20,000 bases of DNA from an uncultured virus (IMG/VR IMGVR_UViG_3300023179_000084) (IMGVR_UViG_3300023179_000084); one strand, 5' to 3'. Positions 1-8,586 are shown, counted from the first letter of the stretch. Notes: generated from the letters alone by a model not told the origin. Made by a program: numbers and translations.

Positions 1-156
1 TTCACCACTAGTAATTATTCTAGTAACTTTACCACGTGCTGTACCACCACTACTTGACCAACTTACACTATCACCACGTTTTATGGTTCCAGCCTTAGCT
101 TTTTCAAGTTGATTTATAAGCATATTATAGAATTCTAGTTCATATAGTTTATTCAT
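1..156 (-). CDS. Partial (3'-truncated) protein with DUF2945/Hva1 Tudor-like motif
   Basis: Manual translation from ATG at 156 (RBS AGGAAG): MNKLYELEFYNMLINQLEKAKAGTIKRGDSVSWSSSGGTARGKVTRIITSGE..., GDxVSWxSxGGxAxGKV motif; runs off the window edge. Confidence 0.65.
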   Translation of the reverse strand, partial: MNKLYELEFYNMLINQLEKAKAGTIKRGDSVSWSSSGGTARGKVTRIITSGE

Positions 157-170
157 AATGATACTTCCTA

Positions 171-1181
171 CTATAGAATAGATTTAACAAACTTTTCACT
201 AGCTAGATTTTTTTGTTTTGATTCACACATAATATCAGCCCAGTCATTATGAGTTGCTGCCCAATGATTTACTATGTTATTCCAGTAGTAATCACTATGT
301 GCTCGCAATTTAGTTGCAGTAAAACCCAGGCTTGTAAGTAATTTGTAATCGGGTCGTTGGTCTGGGTCGTGTTCAACCAAGACATCTTCTCTGGATACTG
401 AATAGTGGATAACAGGTCTAACACCTCGCCACGAATCTTTAACCACTCTAATTCGTTTGTCATCTGGCTCAATGTATTCTCCTTTACTATATATCCAATG
501 ATGGTGTATATCTAAGACTAGTGCACAGTGATCTACAAGTTCTAGGCTGTGTTCTAGTCCCCAGGTAAATTCTGCATTTTCTATTGTTAAGATATTACGC
601 GCTTCTTTACTTAGCTTTCTAATGGCATCAATAATCCCTTTCGGACCGCGCTTTCCTCCAATATGAACATTACACTTAAAATCTTGAAATTTATTACCAT
701 AACCCATATAGCGGGCGATGTCAGTATGATACTCAAACTCAGTAATGCTGTTATCAACAATTCCATTATTATCACTTGCTAGTACACAAAATTGTCCTGG
801 GTGAAAACTAAGACGTACATCTTTACCTCTAGCAATATCACCCACTTTGCTAAGGTGTTTGTCTAAATAGTTAATTACATCTGGTTGAAAATAAAACCAC
901 ATCCAGTCTATATGAGTATATACTGGAAATAAATCACTGCTTATACGAAATTGACGTTGATTTTTTGGTAAATTACCTATCCACTCTATTTGTCGCTTTA
1001 GTACTTCACAGTTGTTATGTATAATTGTCCAGAGTTTTTCTACGGCTTTGTCTTTAGTTTGATTGTTTAAATAGGTTAATGTAGTTGTAGTTGTATTTAA
1101 TTTTTTATCTGCTTTATCGTGACTAGTTTGAATTTTACAAGCAAATCCAATTCTTTTTATATTTTGATCAAATGTGTGCAT
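171..1181 (-). CDS. uvsE: UV DNA damage endonuclease (UvsE/UvdE family)
   Basis: Motifs RIGFACK, FRISSDLFP, RLSFHPGQFCVL, LTIEN, LVLDIHHH, HYS, AHSDY, DIMCESKQK; likely start MHTFDQ at 1181 overlapping upstream stop (TAATG). Confidence 0.92.
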   Translation of the reverse strand: MHTFDQNIKRIGFACKIQTSHDKADKKLNTTTTTLTYLNNQTKDKAVEKLWTIIHNNCEVLKRQIEWIGNLPKNQRQFRISSDLFPVYTHIDWMWFYFQPDVINYLDKHLSKVGDIARGKDVRLSFHPGQFCVLASDNNGIVDNSITEFEYHTDIARYMGYGNKFQDFKCNVHIGGKRGPKGIIDAIRKLSKEARNILTIENAEFTWGLEHSLELVDHCALVLDIHHHWIYSKGEYIEPDDKRIRVVKDSWRGVRPVIHYSVSREDVLVEHDPDQRPDYKLLTSLGFTATKLRAHSDYYWNNIVNHWAATHNDWADIMCESKQKNLASEKFVKSIL

Positions 1182-1354
1182 TATTGCGGCCAACGATTGA
1201 TTGGACACACATTATTTAATTTTTTAGCATAAATCATTATTAATTTTTCTGTTTGTTGACAAGTATCCATTATTTTATTATAGCTAGTACAAAAACTACA
1301 AATTTTTGTACGAACTTCAAATAGTGAAGGTTGTTGTGGTTGATTAATATTCAT
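1181..1354 (-). CDS. Small Cys-containing protein (DUF6171-like)
   Basis: MNINQ...RTKICSFC...C...CPINRW; true start likely ATG 1354 since the longer ORF runs into tRNA-Leu. Confidence 0.65.
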   Translation of the reverse strand: MNINQPQQPSLFEVRTKICSFCTSYNKIMDTCQQTEKLIMIYAKKLNNVCPINRWPQ

Positions 1355-1360
1355 AGTATG

Positions 1361-1443
1361 TGGTACCCCAAGCGAGACTCGAACTCGCATGCTAAAGCAC
1401 TGGAACCTAAATCCAGCGTGTCTACCAATTCCACCATCGGGGC
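1361..1443 (-). tRNA. tRNA-Leu (anticodon TAG)
   Basis: Reverse complement folds as cloverleaf GCCCCGA...TTGGGGT-A-CCA, anticodon arm CTGGA-TTTAGGT-TCCAG, long variable arm, GTTCGAG T-loop. Confidence 0.95.
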
Positions 1444-1444
1444 A

Positions 1445-1639
1445 CTATTTTAGTGATTCTTTATATCGTTTAATATATTCACTATCTAAACTAGCATATT
1501 GACGAAATTTTTCTTTACCATACTTGTCGTAGTCGTGGTAGGCATCTTGTTCTAGTTTAACTAATTTTTCTATACTAAGAGCTTTAAGAAATCGCCATAA
1601 GTAAGCGTCTACTAAAAATTCACGTGTATATCCAGCCAT
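1445..1639 (-). CDS. Hypothetical protein
   Basis: 64-aa ORF with AGGAG RBS and upstream promoter. Confidence 0.75.
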   Translation of the reverse strand: MAGYTREFLVDAYLWRFLKALSIEKLVKLEQDAYHDYDKYGKEKFRQYASLDSEYIKRYKESLK

Positions 1640-1663
1640 GTCAAACTCCTATAATAATTATAT

Positions 1664-1692
1664 ATTATACTACTATTATAGTTATTTGTCAA
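1664..1692 (-). promoter_or_regulatory. Sigma70-type promoter
   Basis: TTGACA-N17-TATAAT on minus strand. Confidence 0.8.
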
Positions 1693-1694
1693 GT

Positions 1695-1874
1695 TTATAA
1701 TTCTTTGTTCCATTTATGAATAGGACAATGCACTTGACGTAATTTTACTTTTAATGGCATAAAACATCCACATTTAGTACATATCAATGCTTTATAGTGC
1801 TCACACTCTTTGCAAATATTTATTCTTTTTATAGAGAATGTTTCTAAGTCTTTATCTTCTGATGATATATTCAT
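1695..1874 (-). CDS. Small Cys-rich protein (DUF6171-like), not in ORF track
   Basis: Manual translation MNISSEDKDLETFSIKRINICKECEHYKALICTKCGCFMPLKVKLRQVHCPIHKWNKEL (59 aa); RxxICxxC...CxxCGC...CPxxKW pattern. Confidence 0.8.
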   Translation of the reverse strand: MNISSEDKDLETFSIKRINICKECEHYKALICTKCGCFMPLKVKLRQVHCPIHKWNKEL

Positions 1875-1884
1875 AGTATATTAT

Positions 1885-2100
1885 CTATAATCCTATTAGT
1901 TTTGCACAAGTAGTACAAATAGGATTTTCATCTAAATCAGGTATAAGCTTAGTAGACCATATGCCACAGTGTGTACATTGATCTATATGTTTTGTTAATT
2001 GTTCTAAATCTAAGCCATTTATATCTATATCAAGCTCATTGCAAACTTCATATAGTGATTTATAGGTTTTATTTAGATTTGTTTTTAGTTGTTGATACAT
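1885..2100 (-). CDS. Hypothetical zinc-ribbon protein
   Basis: 71 aa, CTHC...CTTC. Confidence 0.7.
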   Translation of the reverse strand: MYQQLKTNLNKTYKSLYEVCNELDIDINGLDLEQLTKHIDQCTHCGIWSTKLIPDLDENPICTTCAKLIGL

Positions 2101-2758
2101 CTACTTTATAACGATCATCTAACTCTTTATGAGTTTTTTCAAATTCTAGTAAAAACATAATGCAACACATAGCATGTGCTAGATGACTTAATCCTGACTC
2201 AGGATCTTTATCTTCACCATCATTAAATGCCATAATATGTCGCATTGCTGCAGCTAAGGGTCTACTCCAAGCAAATCCACTACGCCAGTTATGTTCTGAA
2301 TATTTATCAGCACCAAATTTCATTACTGCTGCTGTTTGTAGTAATGCTTCACTACTTAATAAATTAACTGGTAACTTATCACTATCAAATTTTAATGCAC
2401 TATTTGTGTTTTTTAATGTATCACTAGTGCTACTATTGAAAAAACTATTCCAAGTACCATTTATATTATAAGTTGGATCTGTATTTGTTATCATAGTAGG
2501 TTGTGCACCATAATTATTTAAATCAATACTATTGGTAGTATTGATTGATATACTACTAATTGTATTTATATCTTGAGTAGTTAGTGTGGGAATTGTAATT
2601 GTTTCAAATACTGCACATTCATATCCAGGATGATAAGGAGCTTCTTCAACTAAGCGCTTACCTTCTGGACTATTAGCTGCTGGTACGGTTTGATTAAAAA
2701 ATAAATTTAATTCTTGTTGCTCTGGTTCTAGTTTGGGCATAGTAGTAAAAGGGGGCAC
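2069..2758 (-). CDS. dATP/dGTP diphosphohydrolase domain protein (DUF5664) with T/N-rich N-terminal extension
   Basis: C-terminal KFDSDK...VMKFGADKYSEHNWRSG...AAMRH...GEDKDPESGLSHLAHAMCC; start uncertain (possibly 2740). Confidence 0.85.
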   Translation of the reverse strand: MPPFTTMPKLEPEQQELNLFFNQTVPAANSPEGKRLVEEAPYHPGYECAVFETITIPTLTTQDINTISSISINTTNSIDLNNYGAQPTMITNTDPTYNINGTWNSFFNSSTSDTLKNTNSALKFDSDKLPVNLLSSEALLQTAAVMKFGADKYSEHNWRSGFAWSRPLAAAMRHIMAFNDGEDKDPESGLSHLAHAMCCIMFLLEFEKTHKELDDRYKVDVSTTKNKSK

Positions 2759-2766
2759 TAGCCCCC
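2747..2766 (-). terminator. Rho-independent terminator after hsp20
   Basis: GGGGGC-TAGT-GCCCCC-TTTT on minus strand. Confidence 0.7.
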
Positions 2767-2770
2767 TGGT

Positions 2771-3172
2771 TTAGTTGATTGTAATTTGTTTAGGTTTTTT
2801 ACTTTCAGGTAATTGATGCTCTAAGTAAATATTAAGCATACCATCCTTATAGTCTGCATATTTAATTTTAATATGATCTTGTAAATACAAGCTCTTCTCA
2901 AAATTACGCATTGCTAATCCTCTATAGAGATAATACTTATCTCCCTGTTCCTGTTTACGGCCACGGATTGTCAATGTGTTCTCGTGAAGTTCTACAGTTA
3001 ACTCGTCCCTGCTAAATCCAGCAGCGGCTAACTCTACAAGCCAGTTACTTTCATCAATTTTTACAATATTGTGTGGAGGATAAGTTTTTGTTGTTGCGCG
3101 AACATTATCCAGTTGATTAAAGATTCTGTCGAATCCAATTAATGCATGATTAACTAAATCTAATTGTGTCAT
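2771..3172 (-). CDS. Small heat shock protein Hsp20 (IbpA-like)
   Basis: IGFDRIF, YPPHNI, ELAAAGFS, YLYRGLAMRNF, DGMLNIYL, PESKKPKQITI. Confidence 0.93.
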   Translation of the reverse strand: MTQLDLVNHALIGFDRIFNQLDNVRATTKTYPPHNIVKIDESNWLVELAAAGFSRDELTVELHENTLTIRGRKQEQGDKYYLYRGLAMRNFEKSLYLQDHIKIKYADYKDGMLNIYLEHQLPESKKPKQITIN

Positions 3173-3179
3173 AAAATTT

Positions 3180-3199
3180 CTCCTTAAGTTTCAAGCGAG
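3180..3199 (-). promoter_or_regulatory. ROSE-like RNA thermometer hairpin
   Basis: CUCGCUUGA-AAC-UUAAGGAG: U(U/C)GCU motif pairing with SD AAGGAG with bulged G, directly upstream of hsp20. Confidence 0.7.
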
Positions 3200-3391
3200 T
3201 TGTTATAGAGGTGTTTTACTAGCTTACCTCCTAGCTAGCCTCTGATTTTTGGGCAACCTGCAGTAACAGGGTTTTTAATCCCGGCATCTAGTTGTCCCGA
3301 TGTTATTACTGTAACCATCTTTGATACTAGATTTAGGCTTGTTGAGTTGTTTTATTATGCGTAGTCAACGGCCAAACACTACGTATTTAAT

Positions 3392-3420
3392 ATTATAACC
3401 TTAATAACAAAATTTTTCAA
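3392..3420 (-). promoter_or_regulatory. Sigma70-type promoter for hsp20 leader
   Basis: TTGAAA-N17-TATAAT. Confidence 0.75.
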
Positions 3421-3614
3421 GATAAGTTTTTTCTAGGTTTTAAAAGTGCGCCGCAGTCTTTGTTGTGTTTAATTTCTCTAACTATATCACTATTAATTGG
3501 TCCTTTTGCTAATGGACTAAAAGGATATCTACGGCAATAATCTTCGTATGCAGGTAAAAGTGTATTTACCACTAATTGTTCTAGTTCTGCTGTATAATTA
3601 ATAATTTTAGACAT
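3417..3614 (-). CDS. Hypothetical protein
   Basis: ORF from MSKII with GGAGGA RBS; promoter TTGTAA-N17-TATAAT at 3634-3662. Confidence 0.7.
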   Translation of the reverse strand: MSKIINYTAELEQLVVNTLLPAYEDYCRRYPFSPLAKGPINSDIVREIKHNKDCGALLKPRKNLS

Positions 3615-3706
3615 AATATCCTCCATTTCACATATTATAACAGCTTAATCATCTATTTACAAGTGTATTTTTTTATAGTTTGGCGCAACGTTGACTATAA
3701 TTTAAC

Positions 3707-3735
3707 TTGAAAAAATTTTGCCTAAGTGATAAAAT
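3707..3735 (+). promoter_or_regulatory. Sigma70-type promoter (divergent pair with 3634-3662)
   Basis: TTGAAA-N17-TAAAAT with TG extension. Confidence 0.7.
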
Positions 3736-3769
3736 TAAATTATTACAATTTTATTACAAAGGAATTTAA

Positions 3770-4249
3770 TTGAAACTATCTAGTACAATATTATTATTGT
3801 TACTGGTGCTTAGTTTATCTTTTCCTAATATATTATTAAATCCAACAAAACCTATAAACAATAACTATAAAATAAAACATGATATAACACAATTAAATTG
3901 TTTAGCTAAAAATATATATTATGAAGCTTTAGGAGAAGGTTTACTTGGTAAAATTGCTGTAGCACAAGTAACCCTAAATCGCGTAATTCACCAGCAGGAG
4001 TTTAATAAAACTATTTGTGGTGTAGTATACCAAAAAGACCAATTTAGTTGGACTAGTAGTAAGCATAGAATTATTAAAGACTACAAACAGTGGGAGGAAG
4101 CAAAATATATTGCTATTGGTGTTTTACAAGGTAAGCTATTTTTAGAAAACTTTGAAGCACTATATTTTCATGCTAATTATATTAAACCGCCGTGGAGAAA
4201 TAGTAAACAATATATAACTACTATAGGTAAACACATATTTTATTTGTAA
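3770..4249 (+). CDS. Cell wall hydrolase, SleB/Hydrolase_2 family, with N-terminal signal/anchor
   Basis: CLAKNIYYEALGE, AVAQVTLNRV, VVYQKDQFSW, ALYFHA, IGKHIFY; hydrophobic N-terminus. Confidence 0.9.
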   Translation: MKLSSTILLLLLVLSLSFPNILLNPTKPINNNYKIKHDITQLNCLAKNIYYEALGEGLLGKIAVAQVTLNRVIHQQEFNKTICGVVYQKDQFSWTSSKHRIIKDYKQWEEAKYIAIGVLQGKLFLENFEALYFHANYIKPPWRNSKQYITTIGKHIFYL

Positions 4250-4276
4250 GTTTGGGGTAGCAACTTAATTTTACAG

Positions 4277-4305
4277 TTGCTACCCTTTTGCATTTATGAT
4301 ATAAT
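4277..4305 (+). promoter_or_regulatory. Sigma70-type promoter overlapping hairpin 4254-4290
   Basis: TTGCTA-N17-TATAAT with TG; inverted repeat GGGTAGCAACT/AGTTGCTACCC followed by T-run. Confidence 0.65.
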
Positions 4306-4334
4306 TAATACTATTAATAACTTATTTAACCAAT

Positions 4335-5000
4335 ATGAATTCAGCACAAATTTGGTGGTCAACACCATACATAGATAAAACTATAGCACAAATTGCTCGT
4401 GTAAGTAATCCGCAAAATCAATTAAATAGTGAATATAAAAAGCTTCTAGAATACATGCTACGTTGCGGTCATGTTAGTCCATTTGAAATGGCTAATGTTT
4501 GCATGGAAATTAATACTACTAGAGATATTGCTCGCCAAATCTTACGACATCGTTCATTTAGTTTTCAAGAATTTTCTCAACGCTATCAAACTATTGAAGT
4601 ATTAGGTAGTTTAGATACTAATCGTGAGCCACGACTACAAGATACGCGTAATAGACAAAATAGTATTAAACTAGACTATACCAATGATAGTGATTGCGTA
4701 CTAGCCGCACAGTGGGAATATAGACTAAAGTCTATAGCAGAAGATATACAACGGCACTATGACTGGGCCATTAGTAGTGGTATAGCTAAGGAACAAGCAC
4801 GCGCTATTTTACCAGAAGGTTTAACTCCTAGTCGTATGTATATGAATGGCACCATACGTAGTTGGATTTTTTATTTAAAACAACGACTAGATCCTAGTAC
4901 ACAGTTTGAACATCGTCAAGTTGCTGAAAGTGCCTTAGAACAATTAAAACTAGTAGCCCCTGTAACTATGGCTGCATTTTTTCCAGAGGAATCTACATGA
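4335..5000 (+). CDS. thyX: Flavin-dependent thymidylate synthase
   Basis: ARVS, GHVSPFE, RQILRHRSFSFQEFSQRY signature, AKEQARAILP, GTIRSW. Confidence 0.95.
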   Translation: MNSAQIWWSTPYIDKTIAQIARVSNPQNQLNSEYKKLLEYMLRCGHVSPFEMANVCMEINTTRDIARQILRHRSFSFQEFSQRYQTIEVLGSLDTNREPRLQDTRNRQNSIKLDYTNDSDCVLAAQWEYRLKSIAEDIQRHYDWAISSGIAKEQARAILPEGLTPSRMYMNGTIRSWIFYLKQRLDPSTQFEHRQVAESALEQLKLVAPVTMAAFFPEEST

Positions 5001-5380
5001 ATGTAATCTTATACACTCTAGATTTTGAACCAATTATAGTAGTTGATTTACCAATGTGGATGCTTGATCATGTTGATAGATATGGTGGCTGTATGGTATC
5101 TGTTAAACGCCCAATTACTAAAAATTTTGTTGAACAAGTAGCAATTGGTACGGTTAAGGGTCCTGAGTGTGTAACTATTAGACAAGCTAAATTAAAGTGG
5201 CACGATGGTAGTATTAAAACTATACTAGTTACAGAAGATGAAGAATTAGCACTATCACTTAAGCCAGAGTGGTTACCTGGACAAAGATTACAGGTACAAA
5301 ATTATGAAACAGCTATTGATTTTTTAGGTAAAGCTCTTAAAAAAGAATTAAAGAAAAATAATCTTGACGATAATCTATAA
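4997..5380 (+). CDS. Hypothetical phage protein
   Basis: 127-aa ORF, ATGA overlap with thyX, GAGGA RBS. Confidence 0.8.
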   Translation: MNVILYTLDFEPIIVVDLPMWMLDHVDRYGGCMVSVKRPITKNFVEQVAIGTVKGPECVTIRQAKLKWHDGSIKTILVTEDEELALSLKPEWLPGQRLQVQNYETAIDFLGKALKKELKKNNLDDNL

Positions 5381-5416
5381 ATCAGTTATAATATATCTTT
5401 ATTTATTGGATATATA

Positions 5417-5644
5417 ATGGCTAAACCTCGTAGCATACTAAAACTTAACTTACCAAAAATTCCAGTAAATCGTGATACTAAGCATATTCCTAGTCGCGAT
5501 AGTGGTAGTGGTATAGGTGCTCGTAAGAATACTCCTATTTATACAGGGGGTAATATTATTGGTATTGGTACACTACATAAATCAAATGCTATACCTATTT
5601 TTAGTGAACAAGAAGCCAAAGATATTTCAGCAATGCGGAGATAA
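5417..5644 (+). CDS. Hypothetical phage protein
   Basis: 75 aa behind promoter TTGACG-N17-TATAAT (5364-5392). Confidence 0.75.
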   Translation: MAKPRSILKLNLPKIPVNRDTKHIPSRDSGSGIGARKNTPIYTGGNIIGIGTLHKSNAIPIFSEQEAKDISAMRR

Positions 5645-5645
5645 C

Positions 5646-5831
5646 ATGAAACTAACTAGAAAACAGATTGAGCAGCTATGTGAGATTGCAGATCACTTTC
5701 AAGATATAGAATTATTTGAACTTGAAGAAAGCATACTATCAGGTATAGGCCCAATGATAAGTGTTAAGTTTAGTTTATTTGGTAAAAAACCAGATACTAG
5801 TGTAGATATAACGGATGTTGGGAGTTGGTAG
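5646..5831 (+). CDS. Hypothetical protein
   Basis: MKLTRKQIEQL... with GGAGA RBS (3' part of the 5517 ORF). Confidence 0.7.
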   Translation: MKLTRKQIEQLCEIADHFQDIELFELEESILSGIGPMISVKFSLFGKKPDTSVDITDVGSW

Positions 5832-6031
5832 TGAACATTAAAATTCAACAAGAGTTTATAAAATGGTACTTTCATAAACCATTTCCTAACTATGATAGCA
5901 GCAATAATCGCAATAGTTTTTTAAATCAATTTTTAGATAATAATGTTAATTTTAATAGTGATACACTAAGATATTGGCTAGAACTAGCATTTCACGAAGG
6001 TGCTAAAGCGCAACAAAATCTTGAGAAATAA
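5825..6031 (+). CDS. Hypothetical protein
   Basis: 68-aa ORF in tightly packed operon; start may be GTG 5831. Confidence 0.65.
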   Translation: MVVNIKIQQEFIKWYFHKPFPNYDSSNNRNSFLNQFLDNNVNFNSDTLRYWLELAFHEGAKAQQNLEK

Positions 6032-6033
6032 AA

Positions 6034-6306
6034 ATGTGGAAAACTAATTTAGCAAACGATCACCTAGAAGAAATTAATCAGCGACTTAAATTATTAGAGG
6101 AAGCTGTTATGGAAATTAAAAATACACTTAGAGTACAGCCTATACAACCAGTAAAACCTGTAAATAATCTACCTAAAACTTGTACTAGTTGTGGTATGGC
6201 ACTAGATAAAATTACAGGATTTATTTGTAATATTTATCCGTGTCCATCAGGACTAGGATACGGCGAAAAATTACCGGAATATAAATTTAACAGAGAACAA
6301 GCATGA
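6034..6306 (+). CDS. Hypothetical protein (coiled coil plus Cys cluster)
   Basis: 90 aa, CTSCG...CNIYPCP. Confidence 0.7.
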   Translation: MWKTNLANDHLEEINQRLKLLEEAVMEIKNTLRVQPIQPVKPVNNLPKTCTSCGMALDKITGFICNIYPCPSGLGYGEKLPEYKFNREQA

Positions 6307-6938
6307 AAGTAATTATTGGCCCTTACAAAAGTTGGTTTGGCCCCTATCAGCTAGCAGATGCACTCATCTTTTGGCAAAAGGATAGTGACGAGTGTGTATG
6401 GGCTAATCGTGCACAAAAATTAGGCGACTTTTTTGCACATGGTTTTAGTGGTGAAAATCACGAAACTTGGTTTTATAAATTGTGCAATTGGATTGATAAG
6501 CGTCGTAGCAGACACATCTATGTTAGAATTGATAAGTGGGATACTTGGTCAATGGATCATACACTAGCCCATATCATTTTACCAATGCTTAAACAGCTTA
6601 ATGCAACTAAGCATGGTGCTCCGCTGATAGATGATAGTGATGTGCCTGTGGAATTGCAGAGTATTAGTGCCGAACCTAAACAGGATGAAAATGATGTTGA
6701 CAGCAATCACTTTAAGCGCTGGGATTGGGTTCTTGGTGAGATGATCTGGGCGTTTGAACAGCAGGTTAAGGATGACGATACTGATGAGTTCTATACTCAT
6801 CCTACTGAGCGTTTTAGTAGCTTGCAAGAAATGATTGATAATATCAAAGTTGATCGTACTGGTCTTGAACAACATCAAGCTCGCAAAGCAAATGGCTTTC
6901 GTTTATTTGGTAAATACTATCAAGCATTGTGGGATTAA
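6303..6938 (+). CDS. Conserved hypothetical phage protein
   Basis: 211 aa, ATGA overlap; IDKWDTWSMDHTLA, RWDWVLGEMIWAFE, GFRLFGKYYQALWD. Confidence 0.85.
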   Translation: MKVIIGPYKSWFGPYQLADALIFWQKDSDECVWANRAQKLGDFFAHGFSGENHETWFYKLCNWIDKRRSRHIYVRIDKWDTWSMDHTLAHIILPMLKQLNATKHGAPLIDDSDVPVELQSISAEPKQDENDVDSNHFKRWDWVLGEMIWAFEQQVKDDDTDEFYTHPTERFSSLQEMIDNIKVDRTGLEQHQARKANGFRLFGKYYQALWD

Positions 6939-6940
6939 TT

Positions 6941-7102
6941 ATGAACTTAATAACACTACTTATAATCTTTTTTTCACTAGTAGTAATTATTGTTAGGCGA
7001 ATAAACGCTACACAACAAGAACAACGAAGTTGGATTGATGCGGCATATACAAAACCTAATCTACACCAATATGCAGGTTATTGGCAGTGGCCTAAAAGCT
7101 AA
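6941..7102 (+). CDS. Small membrane protein, not in ORF track
   Basis: MNLITLLIIFFSLVVIIVRRINATQQEQRSWIDAAYTKPNLHQYAGYWQWPKS (53 aa), one TM helix. Confidence 0.6.
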   Translation: MNLITLLIIFFSLVVIIVRRINATQQEQRSWIDAAYTKPNLHQYAGYWQWPKS

Positions 7103-7167
7103 AAAGTTTATACTTGACATATAATCCTAGTCATAGTACAATATTATATTGATTAGGAAAACAAACC

Positions 7168-7785
7168 ATGAAAACTGTAAAAATTTTCGTACATGATCCC
7201 ATTATAGAACTAGACTGTGCACACGCACTTGCATCAGCACTTAAGCCAACCTTTAAGGTACAAATGCTTACCTTAGACACTTTACAAGACGGCATTTGGG
7301 ATGCAGATATATTTGCCATAGGCGGTGGTATTGGTGATAGTGATATGTTTGACCAACTATTTACACAAGAACATAAAGATACTATCAAACAGTATATGCA
7401 TGATGGTGGTAAATACCTAGGCATTTGCATGGGTGCTTACTGGGCCGATAAACTTTACTTTGATCTGACCACTATGTGTGTTAGACAGTATATTACTAGT
7501 AAAAATGCTGACATAAGTCATGAAAATCCTACTAGTGTTAAAGTTAACTGGTTAGGCGAAAAACATAAAATGTACTTTTATGACGGCTGCACATTTTATA
7601 ACCTACCCAAAGATGCAGATGTATATGCTAGGTATTCAGCTAACGATATGCCTATGGCAGTTATTGATGGTGATGTTGGCTTGATTGGCTGTCATCCTGA
7701 ATCAGAGTTTTGGTGGTTTGAAAATTTTAATCATCGTCATAATGAACTGCTACACAACTTTGCACTAAGTTTGCTCTATAACTAA
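7168..7785 (+). CDS. BPL-N / class I glutamine amidotransferase-like protein
   Basis: IGGG, GGKYLGICMGAY nucleophile elbow, GCHPE; promoter TTGACA-N17-TACAAT at 7114-7142. Confidence 0.85.
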   Translation: MKTVKIFVHDPIIELDCAHALASALKPTFKVQMLTLDTLQDGIWDADIFAIGGGIGDSDMFDQLFTQEHKDTIKQYMHDGGKYLGICMGAYWADKLYFDLTTMCVRQYITSKNADISHENPTSVKVNWLGEKHKMYFYDGCTFYNLPKDADVYARYSANDMPMAVIDGDVGLIGCHPESEFWWFENFNHRHNELLHNFALSLLYN

Positions 7786-7786
7786 C

Positions 7787-7864
7787 ATGGGGGTGGCTGA
7801 GTGGTTCAAAGCAACGGCTTGCAAAACCGTACAATCACGGGTTCAAATCCCGTCCCCTATTCCA
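7787..7864 (+). tRNA. tRNA-Cys (GCA)
   Basis: ATGGGGG/CCCCTAT acceptor, U discriminator, CCA, anticodon loop TTGCAAA, GTTCAAAT T-loop. Confidence 0.9.
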
Positions 7865-8019
7865 GAGCTAATAGATATGTTATACTAGAGTCACTAAGCA
7901 TTGAAACACTAGTAGTAGAAGTTAATGCACTGTTACGTTTAGGCTGGCAACCACAAGGTGGTGTTGCTAAAAATGAAACACACTATCTACAAGCAATGAT
8001 ACATACAGGAACACTATGA
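7801..8019 (+). CDS. DUF1737-like small protein; start uncertain, frame overlaps tRNA-Cys
   Basis: RYVILES...LVVEVNALLRLGWQPQGGV...YLQAM pattern; no in-frame ATG between the tRNA 3' end and the domain. Confidence 0.5.
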   Translation: MVQSNGLQNRTITGSNPVPYSRANRYVILESLSIETLVVEVNALLRLGWQPQGGVAKNETHYLQAMIHTGTL

Positions 8020-8195
8020 ATAAGATGTGGATTGATCCGCCCTATGGATGGAGGTATGGATTTCCTAAACTATATGATAGTGGCAAACCGCTAGATATAT
8101 GGTTAATTGAAAATGGTTATCCACAGGAAGATGTAAACTTTGCACTAAATTACTTACGTACCTGGCCACAAGCTACAGATAAAGTACCTGTTTAA
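8016..8195 (+). CDS. Hypothetical phage protein, not in ORF track
   Basis: MNKMWIDPPYGWRYGFPKLYDSGKPLDIWLIENGYPQEDVNFALNYLRTWPQATDKVPV (59 aa), AGGA RBS. Confidence 0.75.
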   Translation: MNKMWIDPPYGWRYGFPKLYDSGKPLDIWLIENGYPQEDVNFALNYLRTWPQATDKVPV

Positions 8196-8280
8196 ACCTT
8201 AAAAATTATTTATTTGACTAATAACTGGGTTGTGTGTATAATATATATATTGATTGATACACAACCCACAAGGAAAACAA

Positions 8281-8586
8281 ATGGAAAACAAAGCACAAAA
8301 CTATACACCAGAACAAACCAAAATGATTGTTGAACAGTATCAAAGTGGAACTCCTGTTGAGCAAATTGCCGAAATGCTTGGTAAAAGTACTCGTTCAATT
8401 GTAGCTAAACTTAGCCGCGAAGGTGTTTATGTGGCTAAAAGCAAACAAGCACAGCCGCGTGTTAAGAAGTCAGAGCTTGTTGAGCGTATTGCGGCCGCAG
8501 TAGGTGTTCCTAGCGAACTCTTTGAAAGTTTAGAGAAAGCTAACTTTGAGGTTCTTGAGCATCTTGCTAACAAGCTGGGTGTTTAA
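8281..8586 (+). CDS. T5 A2/D3-family DNA-binding protein (paralog 1)
   Basis: YTPEQT...IAEMLGKSTRSIVAKLSREGVY...ESLEKAN; AAGGA RBS; promoter TTGACT-N17-TATAAT at 8214-8242. Confidence 0.75.
   Translation: MENKAQNYTPEQTKMIVEQYQSGTPVEQIAEMLGKSTRSIVAKLSREGVYVAKSKQAQPRVKKSELVERIAAAVGVPSELFESLEKANFEVLEHLANKLGV

Noticed and set aside
8117..8125. DnaA box TTATCCACA
   Set aside because: Single copy inside a coding region; compatible with chance
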